Assembly: GCA_036275915.1 (NCBI GenBank) | Contig: DASUCV010000004.1 | Coordinates: forward strand, 201,238 to 265,237 | Origin: Candidatus Polarisedimenticolaceae bacterium | GTDB lineage: Bacteria > Acidobacteriota > Polarisedimenticolia > Polarisedimenticolales > DASRJG01 | Direction: 5' to 3' | DNA: 64,000 nucleotides | Shown: piece after piece, positions 18,057 through 25,906 of the stretch | How the letters are laid out: each line of letters starts with the position of its first letter | Position numbering within the stretch: position 1 is the stretch's first letter | Notes under the pieces: generated by a model | What the model saw: only the letters and a program-made list of their open reading frames with translations | What the model was told of the DNA's origin: nothing | Database searches by the model: none | Program-made: the position numbers and the translations under genes

Positions 18057-18581
18057 TCAGCGTCCGTAGAGCGTCCGCCACGCCAACAGCCCGTCGAGCG
18101 TGCAAGACTCCGTGCCTCCCGCTCCCACGAGCCGCAGGCCCGTGAACATCAGCCGATCCCCTCTCCCGTCGCGCGCGAATGAGACGTGGCTGCAAGGTAC
18201 GTCGGACCCCTCCTCGCATTGCGTGTCGCCGTCCGTGATGACCTCGTCATCCGGCAACACTTGCGACCAGACGTGGCGAATGGACTTGATCTCGTGAGTC
18301 GAGTGGTCGAGCGAGATGGTGACGTTGTGGGTGATGTCGCCGATCGTCCGGACTTGTTCTACACGGTCGAACGCGCCGTCTCGATGAGCGTCCACACCGA
18401 TGCCCATTTCCGCGTCGCCATTCGCGGGTTGAGCCGCCGAGATCGTCAGGCCTGGCGATGACGGAGTCTCGCTGGGCGGCGGCGCGCTCGTGAGATTGGA
18501 CGATTGCTTACAAGCCGGAAGGCCGACAATCCCAATTCCGAGGAACAACGAAACAAGGATGCGCCGTCGATGAGATTCCAT
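18057..18581 (-). CDS. Lipoprotein, hypothetical (paralog 2)
   Basis: Lipobox GIVGLPAC. Ends ...GGTESCTLDGLLAWRTLYGR. Confidence 0.75.
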   Translation of the reverse strand: MESHRRRILVSLFLGIGIVGLPACKQSSNLTSAPPPSETPSSPGLTISAAQPANGDAEMGIGVDAHRDGAFDRVEQVRTIGDITHNVTISLDHSTHEIKSIRHVWSQVLPDDEVITDGDTQCEEGSDVPCSHVSFARDGRGDRLMFTGLRLVGAGGTESCTLDGLLAWRTLYGR

Positions 18582-18652
18582 GGATGACCCCCCACTCTCC
18601 CAAGATCATCGCATAGTCCGAGGTGCGGGGGCTCACCCAATCCGGGGAGACA

Positions 18653-21598
18653 TCACGGACAGGTGCTGCTCGCCCGCTCCGTGTCCGGCACCCCGTTGAT
18701 CTCGGAGTAGCCGTAGGTCCCCGCTCCGGCGCACGCGTTCGCGCCGCGCACGAGGTACCAGTAGCCGGCGCCGTCGAGCGGGACGTCGGAGTCGGTGGCG
18801 GAGGTGCCGGCGATGGCGCCGGAGCAGAGCTCGTCGTCGCCGCCGGGGCCGACGGGGAGCGAAGCAAGGTCGCCGCGGAGGAGGTCCGATGACGTCGCGC
18901 CGAGGGCTGCGTTCCAGCTCACGAGCGCGTCGGTGCCGTTGCGATCGACACGCAGGCCGGTGTCGACCTCCGCGGGGGCGGTGACCGGGGTTCCTGCGCA
19001 GACGCCGGCGGCGCAGGCGTCGCCGGAGGTGCAGGCGTTCTGGTCGTCGCAACCGGTGCCGTCGGGGAGCTCGGTCGCGTTGCAGTCGCCGGTTCCGCTG
19101 TCGCACGCGTTGACGTGGCAGCCGTCGACCGGGGCGCAGACGACGGGGACGTGGGCGCAGCCCGTCGCCGAGCTGCACGAGTCGGTCGTGCACGGATCGT
19201 TGTCGGAGCAATCGAGCGGGGTGTGCGTGCAGCCGAGGACCTGGTCGAAGCGGTCGGTCGTGCAGGCATCCTGGTCGTTGCAGAACGTTCCCATCTTGAA
19301 TGCGCCGCGGCCGTGCGTGAACGAGACGATCGTACCGGTCGAGGACTGTGCGACGAGATCGAAGACGGCGGCGTTGGGGTGGCCGCCCATGAACACTTCC
19401 CAGCTCTGTCCCGCGTCGAGGCTGCGGAAGATGCCGACGTCGGAGCCGGCGTAGAGGACGCTGGGGTTATCGGGATCGATGAGGACGGCGTTCATCGGCA
19501 CGTTCGGGATGCCGGCGTCGATCGCCGTCCACGTCGGCGTCGTGTCGAGCGCGTTCGTCGTGCGGTAGAGGTGGGGGCCCGAGAAGCCGCCGGTCGCGAT
19601 GACGACCGTCGCAGGGCTGGTCGGATCGACGGCGATGTCGGCGACGTTGATCGAGAAGTTGAGGTTGCCGTTCGCAAATCGCCAATCGCTTCCCGAATCC
19701 GTGGTCAAGAGGATGTGCCCGGCGCTGTCGACGGCGTAGTAGGTGTCGCACTGCGCGTCGGCGTCGGCCCAGGCGAGGGCGACCATGCTCTGGAACTCGG
19801 GGCTGTTCGACGTCCAATTGGCGGTCGCGTCGTCGGTGCGCCAGACGTTGTTCGATCCGGCGATGAGGACCTGCGAGTTGCTCGGGCACATGACGTAAGG
19901 CGCGACGAACGGCGCGGCGTTGGTGTTCGCGTCGGCGAGACCGTTCGTTCCGGAGAACCAGCTCGCGCCGCCGTTCTGCGTCTTCAGGATGTTGAGGTGC
20001 TGCGTCGAGCCGTACCACACGCTGCCCGGGCTCGCGGAGTCGATCGCCGCGTATCCGCCGTCTCCGGTGACCTCGAGGCTCCAGCTCGCGGTGCCGTCGA
20101 ACCGCTGCACGCCGTTGTCCTGCGCGCCGGCGAGCGCGCGCGTACCGTCCTGCGGGTCGAGCGCGCCGCCCGGGTAGAACTGCGCCAGCTGGAGGCCGGG
20201 GTTGCGGCTCGTCCAGAGGCCGCCGTTGTTCGTCGTCGTGAAGACGCCGCCGTCGTTCCCGAGCCAGACCTCCGATCCCTTGAACGCGACCGCGTGCTGG
20301 TCGGCGTGCACCGACTGCGGGCAGACGGCGCCCCACGTCGACCCGCCGTCCCCCGAGCGCCAGATCCCCGTGCCGCCGAGCCAGACGCCGTGATCGGGCG
20401 CGACGCCGAGCACGAGGTCGTACCAGCACTGCCCCGACGTGCCGCCCGTGTACGTGCACGGATCGGAGAAGGTCCAGTACTGGCAGGCGCCGCTCGGCTT
20501 CGTCACCACGGACCACGACGTCCCCGAGCTGGTCGATTTGTACGTGTCGAGGTGCCGGCCGTTCGACGCGTTCTCGAACGTGGCGTAAACGGTCGTGTTC
20601 GTCACCGGATCGACGGCGACGGCGACGCGGCCGACCGACGACGGAAGGCCGCCCGCGAGCTTCGTCCAGGTCGTGCCGCCGTTCGTCGTCTTCCAGACGC
20701 CGCTGTGGTTCGCGCCGGCGTAGATGATGTTCGGGTTCGTCGGGTCGGCCGCGAGGTCGTGGATCGCCGCGTTCGAGCCGATCTGCGTCGAACCGAGCAC
20801 ATGGAGCCAGGTCGCGCCGGCGTCGGTCGAGCGCCAGACGCCGTAGGTCCCGGCCGGGCCGGCGAAGCAGAGGAAGCCGCCGATGCCGCCGCCGTTCGCC
20901 GCCCAGAGGATGTTCGGGTTCCCCGGATGGACGAGGATCTTGGTGACGCTGGTATTCGCGAACGGCGTCGCGCCGAGGAGGGTCCACGTGGCGCCGCCGT
21001 CGGTCGAGCGGAGGATGCCCGCGCCGAAGTACGAGTCGCACGACTGGTTCCCCTCGCCGGTCCCGGCGTAGATCACGTTGCCGTTCGACGGCGCGATCGC
21101 GATCGAGCCGATCGCGAGCGAGGCCTGCGTGTCGGTCATGGGCGTCCAGGTCGCGCCGTGGTCGGTCGTCTTCCAGACGCCGCCCTGCGCGCCCCCGACG
21201 TAGGCGATGTTCGCGTTCGTGGGGTTGATCGCGATCGCGGTGACCCGCCCGCTGAAGGCGTACGAGCCGTCGAGCTCGGGCGCCGGCCCGATCGGCGCCC
21301 ACCCGTCTCCCGCGATGCGCTGGAGCGGCCCCGGCCGGAGAAGGCCCTTCGCGATGTTCGCCTTCAGCTCCGCGATCGCCTTGTTGCGCCCGTCGGCGCG
21401 AAGGAACCCGTCGGGGCCCGCGCGCCTCGCGGCGAACCACTGGCTGCGCTCGAAGAGGAGGTCCGGCCCTTCTTTCTCGCCGATCTCGGCCTTCTTGTGG
21501 TCTTCGCCGGCATCCGGATCGGCGGCGGGCGCCGCGGCGCGAGCGGCGGCCGCCAGGAGCAGAGTCGTCGCAATCGCACCGAGCGCCTTGAGCTTCAT
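18653..21598 (-). CDS. Secreted BNR/Asp-box (sortilin/VPS10-like, GH74-like) repeat protein with a Cys-rich region and C-terminal ...CP module
   Basis: Signal MKLKALGAIATTLLLAAAARA. Repeated Asp-box-like motifs (TTDHGATW, STDGGATW, STDAGATW, TTNGGTTW, SGDGGSTW, SLDAGQSW). CxDxxxCTxDxC-type Cys-rich segment. The tail reads ALVSWNAALGA...GYWYLVRGANACAGAGTYGY...ASSTCP. Confidence 0.85.
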   Translation of the reverse strand: MKLKALGAIATTLLLAAAARAAAPAADPDAGEDHKKAEIGEKEGPDLLFERSQWFAARRAGPDGFLRADGRNKAIAELKANIAKGLLRPGPLQRIAGDGWAPIGPAPELDGSYAFSGRVTAIAINPTNANIAYVGGAQGGVWKTTDHGATWTPMTDTQASLAIGSIAIAPSNGNVIYAGTGEGNQSCDSYFGAGILRSTDGGATWTLLGATPFANTSVTKILVHPGNPNILWAANGGGIGGFLCFAGPAGTYGVWRSTDAGATWLHVLGSTQIGSNAAIHDLAADPTNPNIIYAGANHSGVWKTTNGGTTWTKLAGGLPSSVGRVAVAVDPVTNTTVYATFENASNGRHLDTYKSTSSGTSWSVVTKPSGACQYWTFSDPCTYTGGTSGQCWYDLVLGVAPDHGVWLGGTGIWRSGDGGSTWGAVCPQSVHADQHAVAFKGSEVWLGNDGGVFTTTNNGGLWTSRNPGLQLAQFYPGGALDPQDGTRALAGAQDNGVQRFDGTASWSLEVTGDGGYAAIDSASPGSVWYGSTQHLNILKTQNGGASWFSGTNGLADANTNAAPFVAPYVMCPSNSQVLIAGSNNVWRTDDATANWTSNSPEFQSMVALAWADADAQCDTYYAVDSAGHILLTTDSGSDWRFANGNLNFSINVADIAVDPTSPATVVIATGGFSGPHLYRTTNALDTTPTWTAIDAGIPNVPMNAVLIDPDNPSVLYAGSDVGIFRSLDAGQSWEVFMGGHPNAAVFDLVAQSSTGTIVSFTHGRGAFKMGTFCNDQDACTTDRFDQVLGCTHTPLDCSDNDPCTTDSCSSATGCAHVPVVCAPVDGCHVNACDSGTGDCNATELPDGTGCDDQNACTSGDACAAGVCAGTPVTAPAEVDTGLRVDRNGTDALVSWNAALGATSSDLLRGDLASLPVGPGGDDELCSGAIAGTSATDSDVPLDGAGYWYLVRGANACAGAGTYGYSEINGVPDTERASSTCP

Positions 21599-21661
21599 CG
21601 CCTCCCCCGCGGAATGGACGGGAAGATGATACGAGGCGTCGATCCGATATGCCCGCGCCGT

Positions 21662-22522
21662 CTAGGGACAGGGGATCGCATTCTCGCGAGGCGTCCCCGC
21701 GCTGTCGGCTCCCAGGTCCCCCTCGATTCCCGCGGTGATCCCCGCGACGAGGAAGAACTGCGCCTGGCCCGCCTCTGGCACGGCCTCGTCCCCGAGGTAC
21801 GGGTTGAACACGCCGCACACCTGCTCCGCGAGCGCGTTCGATCCGGGGGTCTGCGCGTACGCCCCGGTCGCCTTCAAGATCGAGAGGTCGCCTTCGTAGA
21901 CGCTCCACCGCGACGACCCGATCTCGTCCTGCCACTCGATGTAGTCCTTGTCGTCGGTGCCGAGGATGTAGATGACGCCGTCGTCGAGATCGCACACGTC
22001 GCCTTCGCCGTCGGCGTCGATGTCGGACTGCGTCGGGTTCGCGACGAAGACGCAGTTGTCGCAGGCGTCACCCCAGCCGTCGCCGTCGAAGTCGTCCTGC
22101 GCCGGATTGAACGTCTCGGGACAGTCGTCGCAGGCGTCCCCGACGTGGTCGCCGTCCGTGTCGGCCTGATCCGGGTTGAACGCCGACCGGCAGTTGTCGC
22201 ACGCGTTGTGGACGCCGTCGCCGTCGGAGTCGACGCCGTCGGCGTCTTCGTCGACGAGGCCGTTGCAGTCGTTGTCGAGGCCGTCGCAGATCTCCGCGGC
22301 CCCCGGATGAACCGACGCGTGCGCGTCGTCGCAGTCGCTCGCGTCCGCGACCCAGCCGCGAGGCACCGGGCCGTGGCACACGGTGATCGAGATCGCGGGA
22401 TCGCCGAACCCGTCACCGTCCGCGTCCCGATGGAAGACGTTGCAGGCGCCGTGCGTACTCCCCGCGACCGCTGCGTGAAGCAGCACGGCCGCAAGCGAGG
22501 CACCGCACGCCACCGGGATCAT
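21662..22522 (-). CDS. Small secreted tail-only paralog: signal peptide, MopE-like motif, about 4 thrombospondin type-3 repeats, C-terminal ...CP module
   Basis: GGAGA RBS before ATG 22522 ([21 protein letters not shown]). [67 protein letters not shown] and [12 protein letters not shown]. Ends ...[31 protein letters not shown]. Confidence 0.85.
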   Translation of the reverse strand: MIPVACGASLAAVLLHAAVAGSTHGACNVFHRDADGDGFGDPAISITVCHGPVPRGWVADASDCDDAHASVHPGAAEICDGLDNDCNGLVDEDADGVDSDGDGVHNACDNCRSAFNPDQADTDGDHVGDACDDCPETFNPAQDDFDGDGWGDACDNCVFVANPTQSDIDADGEGDVCDLDDGVIYILGTDDKDYIEWQDEIGSSRWSVYEGDLSILKATGAYAQTPGSNALAEQVCGVFNPYLGDEAVPEAGQAQFFLVAGITAGIEGDLGADSAGTPRENAIPCP

Positions 22523-22665
22523 CGTCTCCCCTGCCTTCGAGAACAGGTACCGCAGGGGTGCCCGAAGCACCACGACTTTCTTTTACGTAGGCCGTCTTCA
22601 GGGGTTCAGGATGGACTTCGAGCGAAGGTTCGGGGTAGCGTTCGACGCTTCAAGAGGAGTCGGTC

Positions 22666-24738
22666 ATGCGCGCTCTCCGTCTCGCCGTCGCCGTTGCCCT
22701 TCTGGCCGCGCCTTTCGTGGCGCGTGCCGCCGATGACGATCCCTATCAGTGGCTGGAAGAGGTCGAGGGCACCCGCTCTCTCTCGTGGGTCAAGGAGCAG
22801 AACACGAGGTCGCTCGGCGAGCTGCAGGCGGTGAAGGAGTACCAGCCGATCTACGACAAGACGCTTTCGATCTACGACTCGCAGGACAAGATCGCGTTTC
22901 CGAACGTCATGGGCAGGTACATCTACAACTTCTGGCAGGACAAGGCGCACGCGCGCGGGATCTGGCGCCGCACTTCGATCTCGTCGTACAAGACGGCTTC
23001 ACCCCAGTGGGACACCGTGATCGACCTCGACGCGCTCTCGCGCGACGACAAGGCCACCTGGGTCTGGAAGGGAGCGGACTGCGCGCACCCGGATTTCCGG
23101 CGGTGCCTGATCAACCTGTCACGCGGCGGCGGCGACGCCGTCGTGGTGCGCGAGTTCGACACCGAGACGAAGAGCTTCGTGAAGGACGGCTTCACCCTTC
23201 CCGAGGCGAAGACCGAAGCGTCGTTCAAGGACCTCGACACGCTCTGGGTCTCGACCGATTTCGGTCCCGACACGCTGACGACCTCGGGCTATGCGCGCAT
23301 CGTGAAGCTCTGGAAGCGCGGCACGCCGCTCGCTTCGGCGAAGACGGTCTTGACGGCGAAGAAGGAGGACGTCGGCGTCGGTGCGGGAACGGAGTTCACC
23401 GCGGACGGCAAGTACGACCTCGTCGGCGTCAATCCGACGATCTTCACGCGGCGGAGCTATCTCATGGTCGGCGACCGCCTCGTGCACCTCTCCCTTCCGG
23501 AGGATGCGGACTTCCGTGGGATCTTCCGCGACCGGGCGATCTTCGAGGTCAGGAGCGACTGGAAGCCCGGGGCGACGACGTACAAGCAGGGCTCGCTCCT
23601 CGCGGTGGCGATCGACGACCTCCTCGCCGACCGCGACACCGTCTCGACGATCTTCGAGCCTTCGGAGCGTGTCTCCTTGGGCGAGGTGCGTCTCACCAAG
23701 GACCAGATCGTCATGTCGACCCTCGACAACGTGCGCTCCAAGCTCTACCGCGTGAACCTGGGAGACGCCGGCTGGACGAAGGAGGAGATCGCCCTCCCCG
23801 GCCAGGGCAACGCCGACATCGTGGGAACGTCGCGGGACAACGAGATCTTCTTCTACCAGTATCAAGACTTCCTCACCCCGTCGTCGCTCTTCCTCGTCGA
23901 GAAGGAGGCGACGACGAAGATCAAGTCGCTCCCCGCCTACTTCGATGCCGCCGGGATGAGCGTCAACCAGTACGAGGCGACGTCGAAGGACGGGACCAAG
24001 ATCCCCTACTTCGTCGTAGCGCCGAAGGGGTTCAAGGCCGACGGCACCGCGTCCACGCTGCTCTACGCGTACGGCGGCTTCGAGGTCGCCGAGCAGCCGA
24101 GCTACAGCGGCGTCGTCGGCTCCGCGTGGCTCGCGCGCGGCGGCGTGTACGTGCTCGCCAACATCCGCGGCGGCGGCGAGTTCGGGCCGGCGTGGCACCT
24201 GGCCGCGATCAAGGCGAATCGGCTCAAGACCAACGAGGACTTCGTGGCGGTCGCTCAGGACCTCATCGCCAAGAAGATCACGACGTCACGCCACCTCGGG
24301 ATCATGGGCGGAAGCAACGGCGGCCTCCTCGTCGGGACAGCGTTCACGCTCCAGCCGGACCTCTTCCACGCCGTCGTCTGCCAGGTCCCCCTTCTCGACA
24401 TGAAGCGCTACTCGCACCTCCTCGCCGGAGCCTCGTGGATGGACGAGTACGGCGACCCGGACAAGCCGGAGGACTGGAGCTACATCCAGACGTTCTCGCC
24501 CTACCAGCTCGTGAAGAAGGACGTCCAGTACCCGCGCGTCTTCTTCTGGACGACGACGAAGGACGACCGCGTGCATCCGGCGCACGCGCGCAAGATGGTC
24601 GCGAAGATGCTCGGTCAAGGCCACGACGTCCTCTACTTCGAGAACGTCGAAGGCGGCCACGGCACCGGCGGCGTCAACTCGCAGAAGGCGCTGACGGTCG
24701 CGCTCCAGTACGCCTACCTGTGGAAGACGCTCGAGTGA
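22666..24738 (+). CDS. Secreted prolyl oligopeptidase family (S9A) serine peptidase
   Basis: Signal MRALRLAVAVALLAAPFVARA, then DDPYQWLEEVEG..SLSWVKEQN, typical of the POP N-terminus. Catalytic GGSNGGLL. DDRVHP and EGGHG supply the Asp/His region. Confidence 0.92.
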   Translation: MRALRLAVAVALLAAPFVARAADDDPYQWLEEVEGTRSLSWVKEQNTRSLGELQAVKEYQPIYDKTLSIYDSQDKIAFPNVMGRYIYNFWQDKAHARGIWRRTSISSYKTASPQWDTVIDLDALSRDDKATWVWKGADCAHPDFRRCLINLSRGGGDAVVVREFDTETKSFVKDGFTLPEAKTEASFKDLDTLWVSTDFGPDTLTTSGYARIVKLWKRGTPLASAKTVLTAKKEDVGVGAGTEFTADGKYDLVGVNPTIFTRRSYLMVGDRLVHLSLPEDADFRGIFRDRAIFEVRSDWKPGATTYKQGSLLAVAIDDLLADRDTVSTIFEPSERVSLGEVRLTKDQIVMSTLDNVRSKLYRVNLGDAGWTKEEIALPGQGNADIVGTSRDNEIFFYQYQDFLTPSSLFLVEKEATTKIKSLPAYFDAAGMSVNQYEATSKDGTKIPYFVVAPKGFKADGTASTLLYAYGGFEVAEQPSYSGVVGSAWLARGGVYVLANIRGGGEFGPAWHLAAIKANRLKTNEDFVAVAQDLIAKKITTSRHLGIMGGSNGGLLVGTAFTLQPDLFHAVVCQVPLLDMKRYSHLLAGASWMDEYGDPDKPEDWSYIQTFSPYQLVKKDVQYPRVFFWTTTKDDRVHPAHARKMVAKMLGQGHDVLYFENVEGGHGTGGVNSQKALTVALQYAYLWKTLE

Positions 24739-24742
24739 TCGC

Positions 24743-25906
24743 TTAGGGACACGGGTTCGCGTTCGGCCTCGGCGTCCCCGCGCTGTCCGTCCCCAGCGAT
24801 CCCTCGACACCGCCGGTCACGCCGGTGACGAGGCTGAACTCCACCTGTGCGCTCCCCGGCACGATCGTGTCGAGCGAGAACGGGTCAGTGACGCCGCACG
24901 ACTTCGACGCGAGCGGGTTCGACCCCGGCGCTTGCGTGTACGTGCCCGACAAGCGGAGCACCGAGAGATCGCCGGTGTACACGTTGAACGCCGACGGTCC
25001 GGACTCCTGCTGCCACTCGACGTAGCTCTTGTCGTCGGTGCCGAAGATGTAGATCAAACCGTCGTTGAGGTCGCAGACGTCGCCCTCGCCGTCCTGGTCG
25101 AAATCCGATTGCGAGGGATTGAAATCGAACGCGCAGTTGTCGCAGTTGTCCCCGACCTTGTCTCCATCGGTGTCGATCTGCGAGGGGTTCGACGCGTGCG
25201 GGCAGTTATCGCAAGCATCACCGATCGCATCGCCATCGGCATCGGCCTGTGACGGGTTCGACACAGTCGGGCAATTGTCACAGACGTTCCCCACGTGGTC
25301 GCCGTCGGTGTCGGTCTGGGTCGGATTCGCGACCGTCGGGCAGTTGTCGCAGGCGTTGTGAATGCCGTCGCCGTCGGTGTCGACGCCGAGCGCGTTGTCA
25401 TCGACGAGACCGTTGCAGTCATCGTCGATGCCGTTGCACACCTCCACCGCGCCGGGATGGATCGCCGGATTCGCGTCGTTGCAGTCGTTCGCGCAGATCC
25501 GATAGCCGTCTCCGTCGGCGTCGGCTTCGTTGGCCGGCACCGCGGGCCAATTCGGGTCGGAGCAGTTGTTGTTCTTGCCGTCGCAGAGCTGCGGAGCGCC
25601 CGGATAGATCGTGGGGTCGTTGTCGTTACAGTCGCCCTGGCAGATCCGGAAGGCATCGCCGTCCGCGTTGGCTTCGTTCGCGGGCACGGTCGGCCAGCTC
25701 GGGTCGAAGCAGTTGTTGTTCTTCCCGTCGCAGAGCTGCGGGGCGCCGGGGTAGACCGTCGGGTCGTTGTCGTTGCAATCGGTACCGGCGGCGACGTACC
25801 CCGCCGGGGGGATTCCGGCGCAGCCGGTCGCCGGCTTCGTCGCATCGCCGTAACCGTCGCCATCCACATCCCGATAGAACGTCGCGACGGTGGCGCAGGC
25901 ACAATA
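24743..25906 (-). repeat. Conserved 3' module of paralog A (MopE-like, TSP3 and C-terminal domain coding), copy 1 of 4
   Basis: Long runs of identical nucleotides with 28833-, 32689- and 36701-, for example GGCCTCGGCGTCCCCGCGCTGT and GGTGACGAGGCTGAACTCCACCTG. The inner boundary is approximate. Confidence 0.7.

Noticed and set aside
24743-25063. The C-terminal ...CP module as a known sorting signal (PEP-CTERM, MYXO-CTERM, LPXTG, GlyGly-CTERM or T9SS CTD).
   Set aside because: There is no terminal hydrophobic helix or basic tail, no PEP/LPXTG/GG motif, and no exosortase, sortase, rhombosortase or T9SS genes nearby. Similarity to the T9SS CTD cannot be judged by eye, so the module is reported as an unnamed module instead.
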